Shown in pieces: positions 1 to 8,726 of a stretch of 10,612 nucleotides of DNA. The notes under the pieces are model-generated. The model made no database searches and had not been told where the DNA came from. It saw only the letters and a list, made by a program, of their open reading frames with translations. The translations under genes were made by a program, and so were the position numbers. The DNA is taken from the NCBI GenBank assembly GCA_016839585.1, contig JAEOTZ010000082.1, forward strand, positions 1 through 10,612, read 5' to 3'. Source of the stretch: Promethearchaeota archaeon. Lineage in GTDB: Archaea; Asgardarchaeota; Lokiarchaeia; Sigyniarchaeales; SOKP01. Every line of letters starts with the position of its first letter. Position 1 is the stretch's first letter.

Positions 1-120
1 AATTACATGACAATTTGGACAATATTTTTGTGTTTGATCATTAATTTTTGTCCCGCAATTATAACATAAGAGCAGTTCATTATCTAATTTTCTATTATTT
101 TTAAGCTCAATTTTTAACAC
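1..120 (-). CDS. Zinc-ribbon domain protein, 5' part only (runs off the left edge)
   Basis: Manual translation from GTG at 120: MLKIELKNNRKLDNELLLCYNCGTKINDQTQKYCPNCHVI... It has a CxxCG-x10-CPxC zinc ribbon, and an in-frame TAA lies 9 codons upstream of the GTG. Not in the ORF track. Confidence 0.75.
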   Translation of the reverse strand, partial: MLKIELKNNRKLDNELLLCYNCGTKINDQTQKYCPNCHVI

Positions 121-276
121 ATCGAAATTTACTATAAAATGAATTTATAATATGATTATATAAAATGACGACTAATTTCTATATAATATTTAAATAAAAT
201 TAAATTATATAAGCATTGTTAAAACAGAACTTATATATTTTATTGTTACCTTAAAAGTAATATTAATTGGGAAAAA

Positions 277-639
277 ATGAAGCTCTTAGCAGAAAAGGAT
301 ATAAAAATTGAAGATATTACAATTTATTTAACTCTTTTTCAATTACATAAAAGTTTTCTTTTACTTATATCAGATCAAGAAAATATGGGAATTGGAAATG
401 TAACATTAGGAACACCCCCTCCTATTGAAGGTTTAAAATCAACCACAGCATCATATAATTTGTTTGGTGTAGACCCAAAACTCTTAAGTACATTGATAGC
501 TGAAAGAGCTTCAAATATTCTTAAAGCACCTGTATTGCTTCTCTTATTTCTGAAAATTAAGAAAAAGGATAAGGAAATAGCTAAACCACTTATAGATTTC
601 ATAAATAACGTTTTAAATGCTATTAAAGAAAAAAAATAA
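277..639 (+). CDS. Putative proteasome assembly chaperone 4 (PAC4/PSMG4)-like protein
   Basis: 120 aa. The motif order (IYLTLFQLHKSFLLLIS, IGNVTLGTP, SYNLFG, STLIAERAS..KAPVLL, C-terminal helix) parallels human PSMG4 as I recall it (VHFHVMRLTDSLFLWVG, LRNLAVAM, STSLLG, STGLAQRLARKTNKQVFV). Judged by eye only. Confidence 0.6.
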   Translation: MKLLAEKDIKIEDITIYLTLFQLHKSFLLLISDQENMGIGNVTLGTPPPIEGLKSTTASYNLFGVDPKLLSTLIAERASNILKAPVLLLLFLKIKKKDKEIAKPLIDFINNVLNAIKEKK

Positions 640-641
640 AA
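625..641 (-). terminator. Oligo(T) tract, likely the archaeal terminator of tRNA-Leu
   Basis: The minus strand immediately after the tRNA reads TTTTATTTTTTTTTCTTT, overlapping the Lys-rich end of the convergent 277..639 gene. Confidence 0.5.
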
Positions 642-773
642 TGCAGGGAGTGGGATTTGAACCCACGTACTCCTGTGAGACCGGATTTCTCATCAGAAAT
701 TGCATTAATCAACGGTAATTGTTTTTAACAGATCTTGAGTCCGGCACCGTTGACCAGGCTTGGTTATCCCTGC
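642..773 (-). tRNA. trnL: tRNA-Leu(CAA) with 47-nt canonical intron (37/38)
   Basis: Acceptor GCAGGGA/TCCCTGC plus discriminator A; anticodon arm CCGGA-CT-CAA-G^A-TCCGG (anticodon 737-735); long variable arm CTC-ACAG-GAG; T arm GTGGG-TTCAAAT-CCCAC. Mature length is 85 nt and CCA is not encoded. Confidence 0.97.
687..733 (-). other. tRNA-Leu intron with strict bulge-helix-bulge motif
   Basis: 5' GGA-CTCA-AG^A-TC ... GA-TGAG-AA^A-TCC 3': a 4-bp helix CTCA/TGAG, two 3-nt bulges and both flanking helices. Confidence 0.93.
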
Positions 774-966
774 TTGAAGAATTATTTATATAAATTAATA
801 CTTTAAAAAATAAAAACTATGTTAAAATCCCTCTATTATTCTGTTATCTCTGCTTTTACATAATAATATCATTTAATTTTATTATAAATTCTTTCGATAG
901 TATTTTCCTTTGAATCACAAAATAAGGATAATATAAAAAGGTTAGAGGAGAAAACTTTTAGTTATT

Positions 967-1200
967 TTATAAGAGCATAGGTACAGTCATTACCAACATC
1001 ATTACTGCCAGCATTACAATTAAGAAAATACACTGGATCCTCGATTTTTTCTTCTGTTTTCTATCTTGTTCGATATAGTTATCTTTACAGCCTTGGCTGC
1101 AAAATTTTCTATCAGTTGGCATTGCCTTACCACAAATAGGACAATGTTGATGGGGTCCCCATTTTTTTTTAATTTGATCTTTCCACGAGGATTGAGACAT
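967..1200 (-). CDS. DUF2116-family Zn-ribbon membrane protein
   Basis: PHQHCPICGKAMP..KFCSQGC motif, then a basic stretch and a C-terminal hydrophobic helix. AGGA lies 7 nt before the ATG. Confidence 0.85.
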   Translation of the reverse strand: MSQSSWKDQIKKKWGPHQHCPICGKAMPTDRKFCSQGCKDNYIEQDRKQKKKSRIQCIFLIVMLAVMMLVMTVPMLL

Positions 1201-1277
1201 AATGTTTTCCTTTTAATTTGATTAAATTAAATGCTATATTAATTAAATAATCTTAGTTAAAATAATTTATGAGATCT

Positions 1278-2006
1278 TTATTCTTTCGAGATAATAGTTC
1301 CATTTATAGCTTTATCTCCACTCCAAAATTTTTCGAATTCACTAAGCTCTTTCCCAGACATTATAAAAACTTTAATATTACTGCGTTTTAAGATTTGTAA
1401 AGAAACAGCATCAAAAATACGATATTCTCCTGCAGCAGCCTGTTTAGAATATGATATTTTTAAAATTAATTCTTGTAGTTCATCGTAATTAAGGTGTTTG
1501 AATATTTTTGCATCATCAAACTTTTTTGGATCTTTGTCATAAATACCATTTACGTCTGTTAGAATTATTAGATTTTGTGCTCCTATAAACTCTGCTACTT
1601 CAAGAGCTACAGAAGTTGTAGATTGTCCTGGTTGCAATCCACCCATTATAATAATTTTATTAAAAAGAATTGCTGTAGACAATTCCTCAATTGATTTTGG
1701 TACAAGTGGATAAGCAAAATCTTGAAAAGATGCTATAAGTAATTTTGAATTAATACGGGATATTTCAATACCAAAAGCATCACATAATGCTTCTGATCCA
1801 TTAAACGATCTTACTGCATTGATATACTCTCTTGCAACTAATCCCCCGCCACAAACGATAACATGATTACCCGAATATGCCCTGCTTTTAAAAATTTTAC
1901 AAAATTCAGCAATTTTTTTTAAATTAATTTTGTACTCTTCAGTAAATAATAATGATCCACCGATTTTTATGACAACATTTTTATCTTTCATAATATTTTC
2001 ATTCAA
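1278..2006 (-). CDS. pyrH: Uridylate (UMP) kinase, archaeal type
   Basis: Motifs VIKIGGS, VCGGGLVAREYI, MGGLQPGQSTTSVA, TDVNGIYDKDPKK, AGEYRIFD. The start is either TTG 2006 (preceded by AAGGA) or ATG 1991. Confidence 0.95.
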   Translation of the reverse strand: MNENIMKDKNVVIKIGGSLLFTEEYKINLKKIAEFCKIFKSRAYSGNHVIVCGGGLVAREYINAVRSFNGSEALCDAFGIEISRINSKLLIASFQDFAYPLVPKSIEELSTAILFNKIIIMGGLQPGQSTTSVALEVAEFIGAQNLIILTDVNGIYDKDPKKFDDAKIFKHLNYDELQELILKISYSKQAAAGEYRIFDAVSLQILKRSNIKVFIMSGKELSEFEKFWSGDKAINGTIISKE

Positions 2007-2060
2007 TTTATCCTTTTATTAATATATAGTTGATTTAATAAATTAAGTTTCTTAACATAG

Positions 2061-3026
2061 ATGACCTTAGATTCAAAAGAAATTATTGTTGAAGTTCCTC
2101 ACAGAATATCAGCATTCTTTGAGATTGTAGATAAAATTAATGATAAAAAAATAAAAAACCCTGAAAAAATTGGCTCAAGAGGAGCTGGCTTTAACGTTAG
2201 TGCTGTGGGCAGAACTAAAGTAATAATCGAAGGAGTGGATGAATTAGATAAAAATGAATTTAATATATATATTAACAAAAAGAAAGTTAACCAAAAAGCC
2301 GAAACTACCTATTACATTTATAATTATATTAACAAATTTTATTTATCGAAGTCTATTAAAATTGAAATTTATCATGATTTTGATTTACCTGTTGGATGCG
2401 GATATGGAGCAAGTGGCTCAGGAGCTTTAGGTGCAATATATGGCTTAAACCAAGTTTTAAAATTGAATTTATCGAAAATTGAAAAAGGTAGAATTGCTCA
2501 TATTGCCGAGGTTGTAAATCGAACAGGATTAGGTACAGTATGTGGACAATTGGCAGGTGGATTATGCATATTAAAAGAACCTGGGTATCCCTGTGTTTTT
2601 GAGCGTATAGTCTTTCCTAAAGATTTAATAATTATTAGTGGATCTTTTGGGATAATCCCTACCAAATCTATTTTAACAGATCCCGTATTAAATTTGAAAA
2701 TAAAGTTAGCCGGTAGAAGGGCTTTAGAGAAATTAACATTCAAACCAAATATAAAAACCTTTATTAATGCTTCAATTGAATTTGTAGAAGAAACAGAGAT
2801 ACTTAAAATCTTAAACTTAACTGAAATTAAAGAGTTAATGGTGAGTTTAAATAAATTGAATATATTAGGAGCAAGTATGAATCAATTAGGACGTTCAGTA
2901 TATTGTATTTGTAAAAATAAGAATAGAGAGCAAGTTTTAGAAATATTTAATTCATATAAACCGCAAATAGAAATTTATAACTTATTATTTAACGATAAAG
3001 GGCCTCAAATTCTAGAAAATATTTAA
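2061..3026 (+). CDS. pok: Pantoate kinase (GHMP kinase family; archaeal CoA biosynthesis)
   Basis: VPHRISAFF, GSRGAG, GHMP motif LPVGCGYGASGSGAL, AHIAEV..TGLGTV and GASMNQLG, characteristic of archaeal pantoate kinases. Confidence 0.88.
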   Translation: MTLDSKEIIVEVPHRISAFFEIVDKINDKKIKNPEKIGSRGAGFNVSAVGRTKVIIEGVDELDKNEFNIYINKKKVNQKAETTYYIYNYINKFYLSKSIKIEIYHDFDLPVGCGYGASGSGALGAIYGLNQVLKLNLSKIEKGRIAHIAEVVNRTGLGTVCGQLAGGLCILKEPGYPCVFERIVFPKDLIIISGSFGIIPTKSILTDPVLNLKIKLAGRRALEKLTFKPNIKTFINASIEFVEETEILKILNLTEIKELMVSLNKLNILGASMNQLGRSVYCICKNKNREQVLEIFNSYKPQIEIYNLLFNDKGPQILENI

Positions 3027-3050
3027 AAAAAGAGATTCTTCTTATGGAAT

Positions 3051-3569
3051 TTATTGGAATATATTGTTAAATATGTCACTAATATTATGGCAATTTCTTA
3101 TACCATAATCATTCCATAAATTATATTTTAAAATAATTTTATTTACTTTCTTACCTACATGTTGAAAATTATTTTTGCTTAAATATTTAATTCCTTCTTT
3201 ATAATTTTGAGGAATTTTTATATAGATGTATGCTATTCCTTTTTGTTTTTGAATACTTAAGAATTCTTTTAATATTTTTTCTCCAATTTTTTTATTACGA
3301 GAGATTGGATTCACAAATAATAAGTGTAAGTACATTATAGGGACTAATTTCTCTAGTGAATCCAATTTTTGACTTTTAGCTTCAGCTACTAAAATACCTA
3401 CTAATATATCATTAAGATGAGCTGATAGAACAAAAAAATCTTTATTTAAAAACTTATTCTTAAAATCATCAATAAAATCTATAAACTCTTTTGCACATAA
3501 ATCTAAATCAGTTAAACTTTCATTATTTGCCGGTCTAATCTCAATTTTTAAGTTAGATGTTTGAGGCAT
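3051..3569 (-). CDS. GNAT-family N-acetyltransferase
   Basis: Motif A (LHLLFVNPISRNKKIGEKIL) and a motif B-like segment (NYKEGIKYLSKNNF). Confidence 0.8.
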   Translation of the reverse strand: MPQTSNLKIEIRPANNESLTDLDLCAKEFIDFIDDFKNKFLNKDFFVLSAHLNDILVGILVAEAKSQKLDSLEKLVPIMYLHLLFVNPISRNKKIGEKILKEFLSIQKQKGIAYIYIKIPQNYKEGIKYLSKNNFQHVGKKVNKIILKYNLWNDYGIRNCHNISDIFNNIFQ

Positions 3570-3579
3570 TGTTAAGGGA

Positions 3580-4311
3580 TTATTTGTATAATTCTTGCTT
3601 TAATTTTTGTATTAGATCTGCCTTTATCATTCCATTATTTCTATCATTTCCTTCACATATAACGCTTCTTACACCAATTATATCTGGAGAGATCTGCTTA
3701 ATTTTAGGTAAAACTTTAAGATTTAAATTTCCAGCTAAAGCAACTCTAAGATTCGATTTTATGGCTTTATTTTTAAACTCAAGTAGTTGATCAACATTTA
3801 AAAAATCAAATAAATTTTTTTCATCTTTAATATAAGTATCTAGCATAGCAATTTCAGCTCCAGATTTAGTTGCTATTTCTGGAATTGATAAAAATTCAGG
3901 TGATGTTTCCATTCTAGAATAATCAGCATAACCAGCAGCTACGACTAAGATATTTTTATTAAAATCTTTTACTGCTTTAACAACATTCTTCATTAATTTA
4001 ATACCCTGTTCCTTATTTTTTGGACCTTTCAATCCTACTTTTATAATATCTGCACCTGAAACTGCTGCTCCTAAAGCAGCTAATGAAGCAGAGCCCGGTA
4101 AATAAGGAAAATCACCAATCGTTGCACTTAAAAGTTGAGAACTATGAAACGGGATTAAATCTTTCATCATTTTAATCATCCAAGGAAAATTTGCCCCCAA
4201 AGATCCCTCTTCAGGGTTTTTGCAATCTATATAATCAGCTTGAGCTGCAATGGCAATTTTAGCCTCTTCAATAGTTTTAGGACTTACTAATAGTTTGATT
4301 TTGTTCCACAT
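3580..4311 (-). CDS. mfnB: (5-formylfuran-3-yl)methyl phosphate (4-HFC-P) synthase, methanofuran biosynthesis
   Basis: KLLVSP..EEA, ADYIDCKNPEEGSLGANFPW, SATIGD, IKVGL, VAAGYAD, MLDTYIKD, ALAG, PDIIGVRSVIC: the DUF556/MfnB signature. Confidence 0.95.
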   Translation of the reverse strand: MWNKIKLLVSPKTIEEAKIAIAAQADYIDCKNPEEGSLGANFPWMIKMMKDLIPFHSSQLLSATIGDFPYLPGSASLAALGAAVSGADIIKVGLKGPKNKEQGIKLMKNVVKAVKDFNKNILVVAAGYADYSRMETSPEFLSIPEIATKSGAEIAMLDTYIKDEKNLFDFLNVDQLLEFKNKAIKSNLRVALAGNLNLKVLPKIKQISPDIIGVRSVICEGNDRNNGMIKADLIQKLKQELYK

Positions 4312-4479
4312 AACTTATCTATATTAAGTAAAAAATATTTAAAATATTTTTTAGATATTAATTCATACTGCTATTTAATCTTAGTTAATTAACCTATAAA
4401 AAAATCTTAAATAAGAATATTATATAAAAATTTAAATTAAATTATTATTATTAAATATAAAATAAAATTTGGTAATATT

Positions 4480-5007
4480 ATGTCTCCAAAAGAAATTACA
4501 AAAGTAGACATGACTAATGAAGTTTTTAAAGAACCAATTGAAGTGATTAAACAATTATCTGTTAATCTAGATTTAAAGTATACTAAAGTAATACAAACCT
4601 ATGTTATGGAAGATAGGCGATTAAATCTATCATTAGAACATCAAGGCTCTAGTTATTTTAAAGGAAAAGTAGTTTGGATTGGTAATAAGAAAGATGATAC
4701 TGAAGGATCTATATTTTGTGTTGATACAAAAGATGAGCTCAAGCAAATTAATCCTACTGCGGAAAATACTGAAAAAGTAATTTTAGATATAAAAAAAGAA
4801 TTAATTAAAGTTAAAACTGCGTCGAAAACAAAGTGTTCTGTATGCGGCAAAAATATAGAAATCTTTGACGAACTAACCGGTTGTCCTATATGTGAAGCAA
4901 AAGCGCATAAAGATCATTTAATAGATTGGGTTAGAATGAAACATTCTTGCCCTGTTTGTAAGAAAAATTTAAATGTATCAAGTACAGGTGTTATTTTTAT
5001 CGATTAA
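4480..5007 (+). CDS. Protein with C-terminal RING-like zinc finger (putative E3 ligase)
   Basis: C-x2-C-x12-C-x2-C-x4-H-x2-H-LIDW-x6-CPVC. It retains the Trp and CPxC typical of E2-binding RING domains. The N-terminal ~115 aa are unrecognised. Confidence 0.75.
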   Translation: MSPKEITKVDMTNEVFKEPIEVIKQLSVNLDLKYTKVIQTYVMEDRRLNLSLEHQGSSYFKGKVVWIGNKKDDTEGSIFCVDTKDELKQINPTAENTEKVILDIKKELIKVKTASKTKCSVCGKNIEIFDELTGCPICEAKAHKDHLIDWVRMKHSCPVCKKNLNVSSTGVIFID

Positions 5008-5757
5008 ATTTTTTTTGTTTTGCTTAAAACTTTTCAATTTATCAATATTTAATGATCCATCATATAAAGCAGTAGCAATTAATACACCTGAGAAATTTTG
5101 TTCTTTATAACTTATTATATCATTGAAATTTTTAATACCTCCTCCTACCAATATGTTTCCCTTAAAAGAACGCAAAATTTCTTGATATGATAAAGGAATA
5201 CCTCCCAATTTCTGCCCAACTCGATATAAATCTAAAAGTATAATTTCCCTAATCCCTATTTCTTCTATTTTTTTAATCACTTTCAAAGGTATTTGGTTCT
5301 TTGTTTCTTTAATACTTGAGATGATTTTTCCCTTACACATATCTATACTTACAATTAATTTATCAATCCCTACAATATTTATAGCGTCAGAAATTATTTG
5401 AAAATCTCCTATTGTTTCTAGGCCCAAAATTAATTTATTAAAATCAAATTTAGAAAAAATTAAAAGATCTTTTCTATTTCTAATTCCTGGATCTATCATT
5501 ATATTTACATTTAAAGTTTCTAATATTTCAATATATAGGTCTAAATTCGGTTTTTTTTTAATAATCGCATCTAAATCTGCAATATAAAACTCATAAAAGC
5601 AAATTTGTTGTTTTAAATCTTTTATAATTTCAATTGGATTTGAAGATTTAAGAATTTTGGATTTTAAAGGTTTATATTTATTTCTCTCACCTTTTACCGC
5701 ATGTACCGCTTCAGAATTTAATATGTCTATTACGGGTATAATTTTAAAGCCGACCAT
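4978..5757 (-). CDS. HisA/HisF-related TIM-barrel protein (family associated with methanopterin/methanofuran C1 gene sets)
   Basis: IIPVIDILNSEAVHAVKGERNKYKPL, YIADLDAI, IDPG, LILGLET, VSID, ILLDLYRVG, VGGGI, VLIATALYDG. The AVHA..G.R..Y.P N-terminus differs from true HisA. Confidence 0.85.
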   Translation of the reverse strand: MVGFKIIPVIDILNSEAVHAVKGERNKYKPLKSKILKSSNPIEIIKDLKQQICFYEFYIADLDAIIKKKPNLDLYIEILETLNVNIMIDPGIRNRKDLLIFSKFDFNKLILGLETIGDFQIISDAINIVGIDKLIVSIDMCKGKIISSIKETKNQIPLKVIKKIEEIGIREIILLDLYRVGQKLGGIPLSYQEILRSFKGNILVGGGIKNFNDIISYKEQNFSGVLIATALYDGSLNIDKLKSFKQNKKNLIDKNNTCT

Positions 5758-5934
5758 AGAATTTAACTAAAAATAATTTCTATAATTAAAATAAAAGTTC
5801 AAAAAATTACAGATATGGAATACTCTTTTTTTTTTAAAAAATTGATATTAATTAATTATTAAATAATTTTATTTTTAAAGTATAATTTCTAAAATACCAT
5901 TGATTAATCAAACTGCAAATTTGTTGTGTTTTAT

Positions 5935-7644
5935 ATGAAAACTGAGGCATATATTAGGAAAATAATTGAAAACACTGGTTTAGAAAGAAAGGAAATTGAA
6001 CAATTAGTTGAAGAAAAGAAGACAGAGTTAAAAGGTTTAATTTCTGATGAAGGTGCTTTATTTATTATTGCTAAAGAGTTAGGAGTTGATATAAAAGAAG
6101 AAACTAAAAAACTCCTAGAAGATATTGATATCAAGGTTGTTGACATCAACGTAAATATGAGAAACATAACTCTGATAGGCAGAATTAAAGAAATCTATGG
6201 TATCTTCACTTTTAATAAAAGTGATGGTAATATTGGAAAAGTGGGATCCTTTTTATTACATGATGATACTGGAGATATACGAATTGTCTTATGGGACGAA
6301 CACATAAATATTTTTAAAGAAAATAATTTTGTTAAAAATGAATTGGTTAAGATTTTAAATGGATATGCCAAAAAAGGTAAATATGAAGAATTTGAAATTC
6401 ATATAGGTAACTTAGGAAAGATAATCTTATCACCCGAAGATGTTGATTATAAAAATTATCCTAAAATAAAGGAGGAATTTATCCCAATAAGTAGTCTTGA
6501 TTTAACAATGAAATCAGTTGCTATTGAAGGAAAAGTAATACAAAATTATCCAATAAAAGAATTTGTAAAAAAAAATGGTGAAAGCGGAAAGGTAGGATCT
6601 CTTATTTTGATGGATTCTACAGGATCTATAAGAGTTACTTTTTGGAATGAAGAAACTCAAAAAATTAAAGAAATTAAAGAGGGAGATTTTACTTCAATTA
6701 CTAATTTGAATCCAAGATTAAGCAATCTTGATTCTACAACAATAGATTTATTTGCTACTTCTAGTTCAAATGTTACTAAAATAGATAAATTTATCCAACT
6801 AGAAGTTGAATTAGTTGAAAATATTAACCAACTTCAAAGTAGACAAAATATTGTCTCATTTAAAGGGATAATATATTCAATAGATGACCTAAAAAAAGTT
6901 ACTTTAAAAACAGGAGAAGAAATCTCATTATTAAATTTAGAGGTGAGTGATGAGACTGATGCAATAAGAGTTAGTATTTGGGGAGATAAAGCAGAGGAGT
7001 TATCTAAAACCCTAACTGTTGGTCAAGGAATAATATTAAAAAATGTTTTACTTAAAACGTTTGCAGGTAGAAAACAAGTCTCTTTTAGAAAAGATTCAAT
7101 TTTAGAAAAAATTGATTTAAAGATTTCAAATCTTAAAAGTATAGAGTCAAAAATAGATATAACCAAAAAAAATTTTACAAGAAATTATACTAAGATTAAT
7201 AGAATTGATTCTTCGAATTTTTATGAAATTAAAGGATCCATAAATGAAGATTTAACAGATAGAAATATAATAATCTATGATGCATGTTCAAAATGTTTAA
7301 AAAAAATTGATAGATGTATGTGCCAAGATAATAATACACTTATAAAAAGGATGATTATTAAAGCATTTGTAGACGATGATAGTGAAACTATTAAAACTAT
7401 TTTTTTTAATGAACAAGCTGAAAAATTAATTGAGAAAAATGCTGAAGAAGTTTCTAAAAACCTCAATAATAAAGATTTTTTGGAAGATTTATCAAAAAAA
7501 TTAAGATCTAAGAATTTAGTAATTAAAGGTAAAGCAGAATTCAATGATTATAATAATATTAACAGATATGAATTAAAAGTTAATGATTTTCAAGATATGA
7601 ATGTTACTGAAGAATTAGAGGAAATAATGAAAGAAATAGAATGA
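5935..7644 (+). CDS. rpa: Replication protein A large subunit (multi-OB-fold ssDNA-binding protein)
   Basis: Helical N-terminal domain (LKGLISDEGALFIIAKELGV), three OB folds with D.TG.IR..W motifs (DDTGDIRIVLW, DSTGSIRVTFW, DETDAIRVSIW), and a fourth OB fold with Zn motif YDACSKCLKK..CMC and DDSETI..FNEQAEKL. ATG 5935 is preferred over GTG 5926. Confidence 0.92.
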   Translation: MKTEAYIRKIIENTGLERKEIEQLVEEKKTELKGLISDEGALFIIAKELGVDIKEETKKLLEDIDIKVVDINVNMRNITLIGRIKEIYGIFTFNKSDGNIGKVGSFLLHDDTGDIRIVLWDEHINIFKENNFVKNELVKILNGYAKKGKYEEFEIHIGNLGKIILSPEDVDYKNYPKIKEEFIPISSLDLTMKSVAIEGKVIQNYPIKEFVKKNGESGKVGSLILMDSTGSIRVTFWNEETQKIKEIKEGDFTSITNLNPRLSNLDSTTIDLFATSSSNVTKIDKFIQLEVELVENINQLQSRQNIVSFKGIIYSIDDLKKVTLKTGEEISLLNLEVSDETDAIRVSIWGDKAEELSKTLTVGQGIILKNVLLKTFAGRKQVSFRKDSILEKIDLKISNLKSIESKIDITKKNFTRNYTKINRIDSSNFYEIKGSINEDLTDRNIIIYDACSKCLKKIDRCMCQDNNTLIKRMIIKAFVDDDSETIKTIFFNEQAEKLIEKNAEEVSKNLNNKDFLEDLSKKLRSKNLVIKGKAEFNDYNNINRYELKVNDFQDMNVTEELEEIMKEIE

Positions 7645-7736
7645 ATGTAACATTATTATTTTGAAATATACATTATCTTCCTAATTTGAGTAATTTTATT
7701 AAATTTTCAAAATCATTACAATTTTAATGAACCTAA

Positions 7737-8672
7737 ATGAATAAGGCAGAAATTATTGGTTTAGGGGAAGTAGTTGTCGATTGGGTTACAGAATTATCAT
7801 ATTTTCCCAAACCAGATGAAAAGATTGATGCATTAAGCGAGAATTATTTTTCTGGAGGAGTTACAGCTAATTTTTTAGTTGCAGTTGCGAGATTAGGATG
7901 TTCTTGCGGTTTTATTGGAGCAGTTGGAGATGATTTATATGGAGATTTCTTAATTAAAGACTTTAAAAATGAAAATGTAGATGTATCATTTATAATCAAG
8001 AAACTAGGCAAAAAAACTCCAATCAATTTTATATTTATTGCTAAAGGGGAAAAAACAATTATCCAATCACCTCATATGTATAATACAAAATTAAAAATTT
8101 CTGATTTAGATGAATCGTATATAGCTGAAGCAAAACTTTTGCATACAACAATAATTCATCCTGAACTTACTAAAAGAGCGATAGAAATAGCGAAAAAACA
8201 TGATGTAAAGGTTAGTATAGATTTGGAACCTCAGATTGCTCAGAGAGGGTGGAAAGTTTTAAAACAGATAATTTTAGAGGCAGATATCCTAATACCTAAC
8301 AAGGAAGGCGCTAATTTAATTACAAAATGTAAAACACCTAAAAAAGCTGCTGAAAATTTAATTAAGAAAGGAATACCAATTGTAGTTATAACTTTAGGAA
8401 ATGATGGGGCTTTAGTTGCAACAAAAGAATTTCAAAAAAAAATTCCATGTTTTAAAGTTGATAATATAATAGACACTACAGGTGCGGGTGATACTTTTAA
8501 TGGAGCCTTATCAGTAGCTTATTGGATTAAAAAAATGAATTTGGAAAAATCAATCATTTATGCAAATGCTGCTGCTGCATTAAAAATTCAGAGATTGGGA
8601 GCTAGAACCGGAATGCCAAGCAAAAGTGAATTAATAGCATTTTTACAAAGTAAAAATATAGTTAATTTATAA
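7737..8672 (+). CDS. PfkB/ribokinase-family carbohydrate kinase
   Basis: GGVTANFLVAVARLG, GAVGDDLYG, PNKEGA, VITLGNDGA, and PfkB signature DTTGAGDTFNGAL plus ANAAAA. Substrate unknown. Confidence 0.93.
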   Translation: MNKAEIIGLGEVVVDWVTELSYFPKPDEKIDALSENYFSGGVTANFLVAVARLGCSCGFIGAVGDDLYGDFLIKDFKNENVDVSFIIKKLGKKTPINFIFIAKGEKTIIQSPHMYNTKLKISDLDESYIAEAKLLHTTIIHPELTKRAIEIAKKHDVKVSIDLEPQIAQRGWKVLKQIILEADILIPNKEGANLITKCKTPKKAAENLIKKGIPIVVITLGNDGALVATKEFQKKIPCFKVDNIIDTTGAGDTFNGALSVAYWIKKMNLEKSIIYANAAAALKIQRLGARTGMPSKSELIAFLQSKNIVNL

Positions 8673-8726
8673 TTATTTTGTATAACCAACTAAAAAATTA
8701 AGTAGTAAAAATAAAAGATTAATATT

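Noticed and set aside
375-602. 75-aa minus-strand ORF
   Set aside because: Antisense shadow of 277..639.
686-696. CTGATGAGAAA in the tRNA-Leu intron resembling a hammerhead core or C/D boxes
   Set aside because: GA-TGAG-AAA is dictated by BHB pairing with the anticodon loop. There is no stem II and no properly ordered C...D boxes.
2498-2743. 81-aa minus-strand ORF
   Set aside because: Antisense shadow within pantoate kinase.
3557-3790. 77-aa plus-strand ORF
   Set aside because: Antisense to mfnB and the GNAT start, with no motif.
4653-4850. 65-aa minus-strand ORF
   Set aside because: Antisense shadow of the RING gene.
4978-5757. Calling this gene hisA or hisF
   Set aside because: The motifs match the HisA/F-related family rather than the histidine enzymes, and there are no his genes nearby.
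5931-8026. Minus-strand ORFs 5931..6167, 7275..7544 and 7844..8026
   Set aside because: Antisense shadows of rpa and the PfkB gene, with the Phe/Ser/Ile-rich composition typical of such shadows.
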